A stretch of DNA of 64,000 nucleotides from Rhynchobatus australiae (taxonomy: Eukaryota). The stretch is taken from contig JAUZTB010000057.1 of NCBI GenBank assembly GCA_034780895.1, positions 433,572-497,571 of the forward strand. The letters are read 5' to 3'. Both the position numbers and the translations under genes were made by a program. The notes beneath the pieces are model-generated. The model worked only from the letters and a program-made list of their open reading frames with translations, did no database searches and was not told the DNA's origin. This document shows, in pieces, positions 50,740 to 63,452 of the stretch (its first letter is position 1; each line of letters begins with the position of its first letter).

Positions 50740-51005
50740 ACTGCATTGTGTTGGGTGTGTAGTGGTCTGTCTCCTTAGTGCAGTGTTGGGGATGTACTGG
50801 TTTGTCCCCTTACAGTCCAGAGCTGGGGTGTATACAGGTCTGACCCCTTACAGTACAGAGTTGGGGGGTGTACTGGCCCGTCCCCTTACAGTACAGTTTT
50901 GAGGTGTACTGGTCTGTCGCCTTACAGTACAGAGTTGGGGGGTGTACTGGTCTGTCCCCTTACAGGCCAGTTCTGGGGTTTTTCTGGTCTGTAACCTTGC
51001 AGTGC
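50740..51005. repeat. Minisatellite of about 36-39 bp (gtactggtctgtccccttacagtacagagttgggg)
   Basis: About seven recognisable units. Confidence 0.85.
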
Positions 51006-51899
51006 ATTCTGAACCCACAATCATTTTCTGTCTCTGCTCACCGGACAGCATTAGCTATTGCATTTGCCTGTTTTCTGACAGCACCATGTGTGCATTTGTA
51101 CTGCCTGTCTCAGCACTGTGTGTTTTACCAGACTGATGCTCTCCGTGCACTTCTGGGGTTGTCCTGTTGTGTCTGCTCACAGTGAAGTACTGTGGATGGA
51201 CTGATCACTGTCCATTTTGTCCTGTGCTTGGTCGGCACTGCTCTGTCTTCTGATGGTACAACATTTGGCTTTACCTGGTCGATATACCTGAAGTAAAGTG
51301 TGAAGGGTGAGAGCGACCTGTCTCCCGCACTATATTCCTCGGGTGTACTGTCTCTCTGCTTCCAGTAAAATGAGTTTTGACTGTAGTGGGATCAGATGCT
51401 GTTGCTTTTACAAATGAAGCATCACAGAGATCCAGGTCCGAGCTGCTGAGGTATCCACTTCTCAGTGACAGAATGGACCGTGGCCCAGTGTTGGGTGATA
51501 CTGAAGTCTCAGCTGCTGACACCCCACTAGTGTCGCCATGGGCACCTGCAGCTGTAAGGGTGCATTTGTCAGGGAAGGAGCAGGACCTGTCAGTGAAACC
51601 CCCCACCCCCTGTGTTGTCTGTTCCATCAGCTCCAGAGCCAGGTCTGGCAGACACACCCTTCAGTACTGGACCGGCTCGGTCACTGGTGGGACTGCCGGC
51701 TTTCTGCAGGGACGGTGAAATCCTCCCACCACAGTGCATTCGGTGTCCGTGCTCCACCCAGCACTTCCCCCAAGTGTTGTTCAACATGGATATGAAAACC
51801 GTGTTCCATCACTGTGGAGGGCAGCCATGGGTGGAGGCAGCACTGAGGCACTTCGGGCCACAATCTCGGATACTTCCCGATGCCTGGACAACACTGAAG

Positions 51900-54800
51900 G
51901 CTTCCAGGAATGTGACTCCTTACTCATTTCCACGTTCAGCCGGCACCGAAGGGACAACCTATTAGGGGAACGGCCTTTCAGAGGAGAACAGCAGCAGCAG
52001 CCCGGTCTGTGGCACAATGACTGGCTCTGATGTACAGCAGGGGAGGATGGAGACAAGGAGAGCTGCAGTGGTAGGAGACCCCACAGTGAGGGGGACAGAC
52101 AGCAGATTCTGTGGCTGGGAACGAGGTTCCAGGATGGTGAGTTGTCCCCCGGGTGCTCGAGTCATGGACGTCTCCGAGCCGTTCCAGAACATTATGAAGG
52201 GGGAGTGTGAGCAGCCAGAGGTTGTGGTACACATTGAGACCAACGACATGGATGGGTTCCTGCAGAGTGAATTTGGGGAGTTCGGCAGAAGGGCTGTAGT
52301 CTATGGATAACTGCCGGTGAGACGTGCTAGTGAGGAGAGGAATAAGAGGACAGGGTAGGTGAATGTGTGGTGGAGGACCTGGTAGGGAAGTGGTCAGGTT
52401 TTTGGAACATTGGGATCTCCACTGGGTCAGAGGTGACCTGTACAAGAAGGATTGGCTGCACCTAAATTGGGGAGGGGGGCACCAATAGTCTGGTGGGGGG
52501 ATTTGCTGGTGCTGTGCATCAGGGCTTAAAATGGTCTTGTTCGGGGATGGGATCCAAAGTGTAAATATGGCAGACGAGAAGGAGGAAGCAAATCTGAAGG
52601 TTACAGTGAGAAAAACTAAGAGACGGGACAGGCAGGGGTAAGGCAGGGAGTGAGGAGAGACTGATGGGCTAAACGGTGTTAAATTTTAATGTGAAACACC
52701 TGACAGATCAGGCAGGTGAACCCGGACATGTGATGGTCCATGGGATTGTGGTGTTCTGGCTGTTATGGGGCACTGCAAGCAGCTCAATGTCCCAGGGTAC
52801 AGATGTTTGGGGCATGAGAGAGGTGGAGACAAGTTGCAGATTTGATCAGCAGAACATCACAGTGATACTGAGAAGGATAATCCAGGACTTCCAGTGAAGC
52901 AAAATAGGTGGAACTTCGAAATCAGAAAGATGGGCTCACTTTGATGGGATGATGATATGTCCGTTCGCTGCCCACCTCATTCCCCTCCTACTGCTGATAG
53001 CCAGCAGGATCGAGAGGAGGGAATGTGCAGGGTGATCGAAGATAGCTTTTGGATAATATGCAGTGACAGTAAAGCACAAGAGGAGCTGGATGAACTCAGC
53101 AGTTCAGGCAGCGTTCATGGAGGGAAATAAACAGGTGGAGGGAGGTGACTTTAACTTCCCTGATATTCACTGGGGCGACCACAGTGAGAAGGGATTAGAT
53201 GGGGCAACATATGTGCAGTGGGTCCAGGAAACGTTTTTCAAGCAAAGTGAAGATGTTCCTCCCAGAGAGTGGGCAAGGCTCACCATCCTCCTGGGATATA
53301 TGACTGGGAAAGACTGACGTGTCAGTGGGGTAGCACTGTGGCATCAGGGAACATAATGTCTTTATTTTTAAAATAGTTGCGGGAAACGATAGGTCTGGTC
53401 CATGGATTAAAATCCTAAATTAGGGGGAGAAAACTTTGATATCATTGAACAGCAACTTGCAAATTTGATCCGGAGAGTCTGCTAACAGGATTCTCGCAAG
53501 TGGGAGTCTTCAGCTGTGGGATCAGAAGACTTCAGGGCGAAAGTTCTGAGTATTGGCCTCGATTTGGCTCCTTGGATGCATCGTTGTACAGCACATGGAT
53601 TCCATTCTTGACTGATTAAATAATGACACACACCTGAGCCCCATCAGGGGCCTAGCATAAGTACCTTGGTTTCTCTAGCACTCGTTGCCAGAGTATTGGT
53701 CAACCTTTGGGTATACTTTGGCTCCTGCCTGTTTAGAGCGGTCTACTCTCGAGAAGTCCTGCGTTATCGATTCCTGTTTGAAGATTCAGTTCATGTTGGG
53801 ATTCCTCCTCAGATCTCTGAGGCAAGATTCCTTCCACTTTCTGCTGGCGTTTGGTCCCGAGGAAGTATCCTGACTCCAGTCTTGTACCAGGGTGCTACAT
53901 TTGTGTTCTCTGTGACCTTACTCTTTTCTGAATATTGTGACAGTTAGAGTGAATGGCAAGGCTGGCAGGGTGAGGGAAGTGAATTAGATCCATGATGGAT
54001 ATTGAGGATCTTGTCAGCAAACATAAGGAGGAACATGTCAGGTTTAGGCAGCTCAGATGAAGTGAATCCCTTAAGGAATACAGGAAATGTAGGACTACGC
54101 TTAAGAGGGAAGTTATAAAAGCAAAGACACAACATGATATCAAGTAAAGGGGAGTCCTGAAGGATTCTCTTAGTATGCTAAGAGCAAATGCTCAATGACG
54201 GAGAGTATTGGGTCTCTCAAGGATCAGTGATATTGTCTAGATGCGAAGCCACACCACATGGGTGAGTTTTTACATGTACACTGGTCATCTTCATTTGCCA
54301 CATGCGAGTTGGTGAGTAGAGTGCAGAGGACAGTGATATCATGAAACACACTGACAAAATAGAAGTGCAAATGTAGGTGATCTGGATAAATCCTTTGTTT
54401 CTGTATCCAATTCTGCATCAAATATGATGGCAGAGAATAGGATTAATGGTAGGACTCCTGGCAGAATGGAGGATCAGAGGGATCTTGGGGTCCATAGGAC
54501 GCTCAAAGCAGCTGCACAGGTTGACTCTGTAGTTAAGAAGGCATATCATGTATTGTCTGTCATCAATCGTGGAATTGAATTTAGGAGCCGAGGGGTATTG
54601 TTGCAGCTGCATAGGTCCCTGGTCAGACCCACTTGGAATACTGTGCTCAGTTCTGGTTACCGCACTACAGGAAAGATGTGAAAGCTATAGATAGGGTGCA
54701 AAGGAGATTTACGAGGATGCGGCCTGGAATGCGGAGCATGCCTTATGAATGCAGGTCGAGGGAACTTGGCCTTTTCTCCTTGCAGCGACGGAGAATGGGC

Positions 54801-55165
54801 GGGGGGGGACGGACCTGATAGATGTGTATAAGATGATGAGAGGCATTGGTCGGGTAGAAAGTCAAAGGCTTTTCCCCAGTTCTAAAATGATTTCCACAAG
54901 AGGACACAGGTTAAAGGTGCTGGGGAGTAGGTCTGGAGGAGAAGTCATGGGTAAGTTATTCACCCAGAAAGTGGTGAGTGTGTGGAACGGGCTGCCAGCA
55001 ACGGTGGTGGAGGCGAATACGATAGGGTCTTTTAAGAGACTGTTCGATAAGTACACGGAGCTGAGTAAAATAGAGGGCTGTGGGTAACCCTAGTAATTTC
55101 TAAGTTGGGACATGTTGGGCACAGTTTTGTGAGCCGAAGGGCCTCAATCGTGCGGCATGTTTTCT
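51900..55165 (+). mobile_element. Long degraded CR1 retaining ORF1 esterase (SGNH-like), APE and 3' end, with an internal RT deletion
   Basis: RAAVVGDPTVRGTDSRFCG...SCPPGARVMDVSE...VVVHIETND; GDFNFPDIHW; EYCAQFWLPHYRKDV; tail near 55120-55165. Confidence 0.75.
53547..53942 (+). mobile_element. Candidate solo LTR inserted in the CR1
   Basis: About 396-bp block starting TG and ending TGTGACA that interrupts colinear CR1 sequence. Flanks gttc/gtta are an imperfect 4-bp TSD. Confidence 0.4.
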
Positions 55166-57053
55166 GTGTTTCCTTGTTGAGGGAAGTAGATGAGGACATT
55201 TCTGGGGCTCTGGCAGATATTTTTGTATCCTCCTTAACCATTGGTGAGGTAACAGAAGTCTGGGGGATGGATAATGTTCTGCTTTATTGAAGAAGGTTGC
55301 AAGGACAAGCCAGAGAACCACAGGGCGGTGAGCCTCACATCAGCGGTGGGAATGTTACTGGAGGGGATTCTGAAGGAGAGCATCCACCAGCATTTGGAAA
55401 GGCAGGGACTGGTCGTCGACAGTCAGCATTGCTTTGTCCATGGGAAATGAAGTCTCAGAAATTTGACTGAGGAGGAGCCGAAGACTATTGATGAGTACAG
55501 GGTGGTAAAAGCTGTCCACATGGCTTTTGGCAAGGCACTGATAAAGGCCTGCCTGGTAAGCTGGTCTGGAAGGTGAGATCACATGGGACAGAGGGGATGC
55601 TATTGAATGGATACAAGACCGACTCGATTGCAGAGCTTGGGGGTAGGGAGGGCTGTTTCTCAGATTGGAGGCCTTTGACCAGTGATGTGTGGCAGGGATG
55701 GGTGCTGCCTCCCCTTTTGTTTGTCACATTCATGTTTGGTAAAGAATGTTGGTAGTGTGAGCAGTAAGTTCACAGATGAATCCACGACTGGTGGGTCATG
55801 GACAGTGAGGAATCTTGTCCAAAGTTATAACAGGATACTGATCATCTGGTAAAGTGGCAAAGGAATGACAGGTGTAATTTAACTAAGACACACGCTAAGT
55901 GATGCATTCTTTGGCAATTTAAAGCATGCTTGGGCATCCATGGTGAATGGCAGGGCCCGGCTGTTGTTGAAAGGAGAGACCGATAGCACAGGGACATAGT
56001 TCCCTGCAGGTGGCAACACAGGTAGAGAGGATAGTGAAGAAGGCACATGGCATGCTGGCCATGTGGCAGCAACAGAGGCAGTCAGTGCCGGAGGTGGGAC
56101 CTCATGTACAGGACAGGTTGTGCCGAGGGGCTTGTTTCCGGCCTGTATACATATATGAATGGATGAATTTCTAAATCTGATGGAACTGCTCGGGTTCATT
56201 CAGGGCTCAGAGCAGCACAGGTCAGCGGCACACAAAGTCCTGTCACTCACTGATACCCGGGGCTCCATGAACCAGGTGAAACAACGTTCACAGAAGTGAG
56301 ACCAGGAACCACCCACACACACATCCCCCCAGATCCTCACCCACACCCATTGCTATGGTACACTCCTGTGTCCGACATTCCCAACAGCCCTGTGTATTGG
56401 GACCCTTTTCTTCCCTCTGGCATTGTTACAACCAGCAGCCTGACATGGGCACTGCTGAGACAACCACACTGGTGTGACTGGTCACACAGGGACCAGGCCA
56501 GGTCAGGGCCGCAGCTGTCCTTCCCTCGATGTGAGGAGATCATCACGTGACGTGGGATTCACGAATACCTGTTCTCATTTTACCTTCAACTTTGTTCCAA
56601 ACTCCGTCGCCTGGTTACACATTCCCACAGGCGCATCACGAGAATGGGTTCATTCAGTCTCAATCACTGTGGACCTCAGAGCCCAGTGTGGCCAGAGCAG
56701 GACACAGACAGAAACAGCATCTGCCCCAGATAGTGAAACCCCGGGAATCTCAGTGATCCCTTCCTTACGGTGGCGCAGCACCTGTACACTTTACTCGGTT
56801 CTCTCTGCCAATGATTACATTCTGATCTTTGCCATGTCACTTTAAGTCTGGAATTCCCACAGCAGCACTATTCTGGGAGCAGCTGATGCAACCTGGTTGT
56901 TCTGTGAATGGAACTAACGTCAATGATCAGGAGACTGGTGCCGCTGGAGGGTTCTCTCCTCTATAATAAGAGCTGCCGTGAACATCTCATCACTGTTTTG
57001 GCAACAGGCCCAGTGTGTTGCATCGACAGAGGAATCATCACTTCTCCGCGAAA

Positions 57054-57123
57054 ATGGGAGCCCAGATACGTGGACAAGTCCTGGCCATTGACTATCCAGT
57101 TCTGGCAGCTGTCGGTGTTCCCG
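57054..57123 (+). CDS. Orphan GPR139-like exon 1 (MGAQIRGQVLAIDYPVLAAVGVP)
   Basis: 70 nt from ATG to CCC G|GTGTGT, phase 1, ending in the family ...GVP motif. Upstream TATAATAA 56962-56969, ACGTCA 56917-56922 and CCGCTGGAGG 56941-56950. A gap follows at 57191-57290. Confidence 0.72.
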
Positions 57124-57299
57124 GTGTGTAGTTCCACAGAGGAACGCATCCTGTTCATCTCTGTTAACTCTGTCGGTGCTGCTGATGAACNNNNNNNNNN
57201 NNNNNNNNNNNNNNNNNNNNNNNNNNNNNNNNNNNNNNNNNNNNNNNNNNNNNNNNNNNNNNNNNNNNNNNNNNNNNNNNNNNNNNNNNNAAATTCTTA

Positions 57300-59457
57300 A
57301 TAAACCTATCGACCAGCGCGTCAACCTTAAGAGATCTGAGCACCAGGTTACCAAGAACCCTCTGTTCCTCTATACTGCTGTGTCCACCCATAAATATTGT
57401 ATTCCGCCTTCAAATTCGATCTCTCGAAGTGTATCACTTCACACTTATTCGGGTTGAACATCATCTGCCACTTCTCATCCCAGCTCTGAATTTTATCAAT
57501 GCCCTGCTGTAATCGACAGCAACCTTCTACACAATCCACACCACCACCAACCTTTGTATCATCAGCAAACTTGCGAACCCACCCATATACATCCTCATCC
57601 AAATCATTTATGAAAATCACAAACAGCACGAGTCACAGAACAGCTACCCGCGGAACACCGCTGGTCACCGACCTGCAGGCAAAATACGCTCCATCTGCCA
57701 CCACCCGCTGTCTATTATGGGCGAGCCAATTCTGAATTTCCGCAGACGTTTCCTTGGATTCCGTGCCTCCTGACTTTCTTAATAAGCCTTCCATGAGGAA
57801 ACTTAACTAATGCCTTCCTAAAATGCATGTAACCACATCCACAGCTGGATCTTCATCAAAATACTTTGTCACATCCTCAAGAATTCAATCAAACACGTGA
57901 GGCACAACCGGCTTCTCACAATGCCATAATGACTGCCACAATTCAGCCTTTGTTTCTCTGAATGTTTATAAATCCTGTCTCTCAGAATTTTCTCTAGTAA
58001 CTTGCCCACCGCTGAAGTAAGACTCCCTGGCATTGAATTCGCAGGGTTCTCCCTACTTCCTATCTTAAACAACCGAACGACATTTGCCAGCTTCCAATCA
58101 ATCGGCACTAACCTGTGGTCAGTGGGGACGCAAAGATCATCGCCAAAGGCGCAGCGATCTCTTTCCTTGCTTCCAGTAATAACCTTGGTTATCTCCCGTC
58201 CGTCCCCGGTGACTAATTTATCCTAAAGTTTTTCAAACGCTCCGGCACATCCTCTTTCCTCAGGTTAACATGCGCTTGCATATCAGCCTGTCGAACGCCA
58301 TATTCACAAACGCCAACTCTCTCTCTCTGTCTCTCTGTGGTGAATACTGAAGCAACGTATTCATGAAGGACCTCCCTTACCTCTCCGACTCCAGGCACAT
58401 TTTCATCTTTTATCCCCGATCGGTCCTACCCACACTCTAGTCATCCTCTTATTCTTCACATACGTTTAGAACAGCTTGGGGATTTCCTTGATCCTGCTCG
58501 CCAAGGACATCTCATCCTCCCTTCTCGTTCTCCAGTCCATTCTTAAGCTCCGTCCTGGCTACCTTGTAACTCACCAGAGCCCTGTCTGATCCATGCTTTC
58601 TGAACCTCAGGTAAGCTTCTTCCTTCCTCCTGACAAGTCATTTTACGTCTCGTGTCAACCACAGTTGATTAACTCTACAATACTTACCCTGTCTCAATGG
58701 GACAAACCTATCCAGAACCCCATGCAAGTATTCCTTAAACAGCTTGCACATTTTCGCTGTGTACTTCCCCAAAAACATCTGTCCCCAATTTACACTTCCA
58801 AGTTCCTGACCCCAACTAAATACTTTCCCATATCGTCTGCTCCTCTCCCTCTCCAAGGCTATTGTAAAGGTCAATTAGTTATGGTCACTTTCTCCAAAAT
58901 TCTCTCCCTCCGAGAGATATGAAATCTGATCAGCCTCGTACCAGGTCGAGAATGCCCTCTCCTTTAGTTTGGCCTGTCCACATACGGTGTCAGGAGTCCT
59001 TCCCTATGCACCGCTAACAAACTCCGGTCCATCTGTTCCATTTACAGTGAAGAAATGCCAATCAATATTCAGGAAGTTGAAATTATCCACCTCAGCCATC
59101 CTGTTATTGTTGCACCTCTCAAAATCTTCTGCTCAGCGTCTCCGGGGGTGTCTGCAGAATGCTGCTCATGGAGTGATTGCTCGCTTCCTGTTTCTCACCC
59201 CCCCTCCACACTGACCCAATGAACGATTCCTCTTGGACTTCCTCCCTTTCCACAGCTGTGACGCTGCTCCTGATTAGAAAAGCCACCCGCCACCTCTTTT
59301 ACCTCCGCCCCTGTCCCTTTTGAAACATTTCATCCCCGGAATATCAGCAGCCCTTCCTGCCCTTGCGATAGCCAAGTCTCTGTAATGGCTAACACGTCAT
59401 AATTCCACGTACATACCCATGCTCTACGTTCATCAGCCTTATTCCTGACATCTCTCG
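57300..59457 (-). mobile_element. CR1 ORF2 (APE through RT), degraded
   Basis: Peptides WNYDVLAITETWLSQGQ, DWKLANVVRLFKIGSRENP and FINDLDEDVYGWVRKFADDTKVGG. Confidence 0.88.
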
Positions 59458-59557
59458 NNNNNNNNNNNNNNNNNNNNNNNNNNNNNNNNNNNNNNNNNNN
59501 NNNNNNNNNNNNNNNNNNNNNNNNNNNNNNNNNNNNNNNNNNNNNNNNNNNNNNNNN

Positions 59558-59635
<78 letters not shown>

Positions 59636-60330
59636 ATATCTTAAAGGGACAATCACTAATAGTAACCTGGTCCATAAAACATGGCCTTGTCCAATCACCT
59701 GGAAGCCATGGCTAAGTAAGCTCACTAGCAACTCTACTTCCTCAGGAGGCTGAAGAAATTTGTCATGGCCCCCTTGACACTCACCGACTTTATCGATTCA
59801 CCAAAGAAAGCATCCTGCCGGATTCATTCCGGCTTGGCATGACAATTACTTTAGCCGCGATGGCAAGATACTACAGAGAGTTGTGGACAAGCTCAGCACA
59901 TCAGAGAAACCAGTTCCCTTCCATACACTCTGTCTGTACCTCTTTGCCGTGGTGAAGCAGCCAGCAGAATCAACGATCCCATCCACCTGGGTCATTCTCT
60001 CTTCCCCCCACCCCCATCAGGCAGAAGATACAGGAACCTGAAGGCATAATCCACCAGGTTCAAGGACAAGTTATTTCCCTCTATTATTCGACCAGTGACC
60101 GGTCAACCAGTGCGATGAAATGGACTCTTGACTTCACAATCTACCTCGTCGCGGCCCTTGCACTTCATTGTCTGCCCGCACTGAACTTTATCTGGAACAG
60201 TGACTCTTTATTCTGCATTCTGTGATTATTTCTTTCCTTTTGAACTATCTCAATGTACTTCTGTATGGAATGATTGGTCTGGATCGCATCCAAAACACGC
60301 GGTTTTTCACTGGTTCCCGAAAGATGTGAC
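59558..60330 (+). mobile_element. (CA)n plus Rex1-like LINE 3' end
   Basis: 'caactctacttcctcaggaggctgaagaaatttg' (LYFLRRLKKF-like) and 'catcaggcagaagatacagg'; near-identical copy at 63590-64000. Confidence 0.75.
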
Positions 60331-60339
60331 ATCAACAAT

Positions 60340-60460
60340 GAAGGATGGGCGATAAACCCTGGTCAGCCCCTCCTTATCAAGGGGCGATGAAGGTTGGGCA
60401 ATAAACCCTGGTCAGCCCCTCCTTCTCAAGGGGCAGTGTAGGATGTGCAATAAATGCCGG
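60340..60460 (+). repeat. 49-bp tandem repeat (about 2.4 copies) derived from a LINE/SINE 3' tail
   Basis: 'gaaggatgggcgataaaccctggtcagcccctccttatcaaggggcgat' starts at 60340, 60389 and partially at 60438. Confidence 0.8.
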
Positions 60461-62034
60461 CAAGTCCTAACCTTCATGCACTGTGAAGCTGCAAATACCT
60501 CCTCCCTGGTGATATGGACGTTCTCCAACCCATTTCCACTTGTTTCCTTCATGTCTGAAAAACCACGATTTTCTCCACATTAAGTATAGAGGAGACATGT
60601 TCGTTAAAGTTCTCATGCGGCGCAAGACATTCGGGGCCCTGATCATCTCTGAGGGAACTAACCCTCTCCCTCGCCACCACGGTGTGTCCTTGCTACATTC
60701 TTTTTACAACGGAACAACTTGAGCCACATTACTGCCTTCGGGACCTTCACCCGTGGGCGGCCAACGAAAAAGCGATAATCGGCTCAAGGGCTTCCGCTAT
60801 TTCGTTTCTAGACTCCCGCAAAATCCGAGGACTCATTCGATCAGGCCCTGTGTATTTATCCTCCTATGTGCGCTGTGAGGCTGAAGATACCTCCTCCCTC
60901 GTCATATCAATGTTCTCCAGCCCATCTCCACCTGTTTCCCTCATCCCCTCAGCAACCATGGTTTGAAACAGAGAATAGAACTTTTCCTTAAAATTACCAT
61001 CCATGCGGCTCAGGACGTTCGCTGCCCTGCTTGTCTCTGAGGGACCTGCTCTCCCCCGAGCCACACTTTTTTAATGCAGCTGGAGAACCTCTTGGGATTT
61101 CACTCTGGAAGTTTATTCTTAATTTTCTCTTAGTCATCAAGGGATTCGAACCAACCAGACCTCTCAAACTCAATGGATGCTCCTTTCCTTTCTTGACGAG
61201 AACTTAAATATCTTCATGCAGCCAGTGTTCCCTAAGCTTGCCAGGTTTACCCTTCCCCCTCATAGGAACATGCTGTTCCTGGACACTTGATATTACAACC
61301 TACAAAGGCTCCCACGTTCCATTCGTTTCAGTCGCTTCAAACAGTCTCCGCCAATCGACGTCTACTGGATACTGTCTAATTCCGCCCAAGTTATCTCTTT
61401 TTCAGTTTAGTACTGGGGAATATTGGGGAAATTAAAAGCTCCCGCAGAAAAAAAAACTCTATTTGTCTCACAAATATGTGTCATGAAATCCAGAAGAAAA
61501 GCTCGTTCGTTGGATTTTATTGCAATCACGAAGAAGCCCCGAGAGCGGCTCTACTTCGATTGGAGTTCGAGGAGATTTGGTATGACATCTGACGGTCTTG
61601 TAAATTTATTTTGGTGTACGGTGGAGAGTATTCTGACGGCTGGTCTGGAAGCCCAATGCACAGGATCGAAAGAGGGTGCAGAGGGTTGTGGAGTAATCAA
61701 GCGACATCGCCCGCACAACCCTCCCGACCATCGAGGGCATCTTTTAAACGCAGGGCTTTAAGAATGCAGCTTCCATCACTGAGAACCCTCACTATCTGAG
61801 AAATACTGTTCACCTGACTACCATCAGGGAGCATGAAGACCCACACTTCCCAATCCAGGAACAGCTTCTTTCTCTCCGCCATAAGATTTATGAACGGTCC
61901 ATGAACATCACCTGATTGCTGCGTATTTCATTATTTATTTAAAAGTTTCGCGTAGTTTTATGCCTCTTCACTTTACTGCTCCGTCAAAAAAAACACATTT
62001 CACGGCATTGGAGACGGTGATGATAAATTGATTC

Positions 62035-63279
62035 TGATGGTGAAGATGCGTGCGATCCACCGTGACTTGACCGGTTGGATTCTGAACGGGCTTGCCTCGA
62101 GAGCACAAACCCACAGAGCGATGGGACTGAATCTAGCTGGAGGTCCGTGAGTCGTGGTGTTCCCCAGCGATCGGATCGGGACCTTTCCTATTTGTAAAAT
62201 ATCAAAGTTAACCTGGACCAAAATGTGAATGTGTCCGCAGACGAAACAACGATTAGTGGCGTTGTGGATTGTGTTGAAGATGGGCAAAAGGTACAGTGGT
62301 ATAGGGATCAGTTGCAGATATGGGCGGAGATTTGGCAGATGGAGTTTAATCCGGTCACATGATCGATGTTGCATCCTCGAAGATCAAATATAAAGTGACT
62401 GCACACTGTTAATGGCAAGAAGCTCAACAGTGTTGATGGACAGAGGGATCTTGTGGTGAACATCAATAGCTCTCTGAAAGTGGATGCACAGGTTGATAGG
62501 GCGATAAATATGGTGTATGGAATGTTTGCCTCTGTCAGACCAGGCACTGGCTTCAAGAGGCGGGATGATCCCTCGCTGCTCTTTGAAGCTCCAGTTTGGC
62601 CGCACCTGGAGTATTGCATTCAGATCTGGCCGCCACGTTACAGGAAGGATGTGGAGTCTTTGAAGAGGGGACCGAAGTTCCAGGATGCTGCTTGGATTAG
62701 AGGGCATGTGTTGTTAGGAGAACTTGGACAAACTTTGGTTGTTTCTCTGGAGCGTCGGAGGTTGAGGGGAGAACTGATAGCAGTTCATAAGATTACGGGA
62801 GACACAGACACAGTAGACAGCCGGTGTCTTTTCCCAGGGACGAAATGTCTGATACCAGAGTAAATGTCATGAAGTTGAGAGGCAGCAAATTCAACGGAGA
62901 TTGCAAGGCAGGTGGTTGTTACACAGAGTGTGCCTGGTGCCTGGATTACGCTGTCATGTGTGGCGGTGCAGGGAAATACGATTGGGACACAGGAAAGTAC
63001 AGAGAATGGAGGGTTATGGAGATTGTGTGGGCAGAACTGATTAGCTTAGTTAAGCATTTAAGAAATTGTTAAATTAGCCCGGCACAACACCGTGGTCTGA
63101 AGGGCCTATTCCTGTGCTGTACCTTGTTTTCCAACCCAAGCCTCTGGATCTATGAATCATAACCTCAAACAGCCTGACCTAATTCTGCCGAGAAGAACCA
63201 AATTCATATAATTCAATGTCAAAGTCAAGGTCGAGGTTATCGTCAGAAGCACGCGCACGAACGCACAGGTGCAACGAAA
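62035..63279 (+). mobile_element. CR1 3' fragment plus unique flank, paralogous to the 3' flanks of GPCR paralogs A and B
   Basis: After the CR1 tail, 'ctctggatct...aacctcaaacagc...aattctgccgagaa...aaagtcaa' matches 9825-9930 and 20335-20430. Confidence 0.8.
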
Positions 63280-63379
63280 NNNNNNNNNNNNNNNNNNNNN
63301 NNNNNNNNNNNNNNNNNNNNNNNNNNNNNNNNNNNNNNNNNNNNNNNNNNNNNNNNNNNNNNNNNNNNNNNNNNNNNNN

Positions 63380-63452
<73 letters not shown>

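Noticed and set aside
42000-51005. CRISPR-like repeat arrays
   Set aside because: Units are degenerate head-to-tail minisatellites without unique spacers, there are no cas genes, and the context is vertebrate.
56337-56546. 'GKDSCG...GVY' resembling a trypsin-like protease
   Set aside because: Lacks the catalytic GDSGGP and other conserved residues; likely chance.
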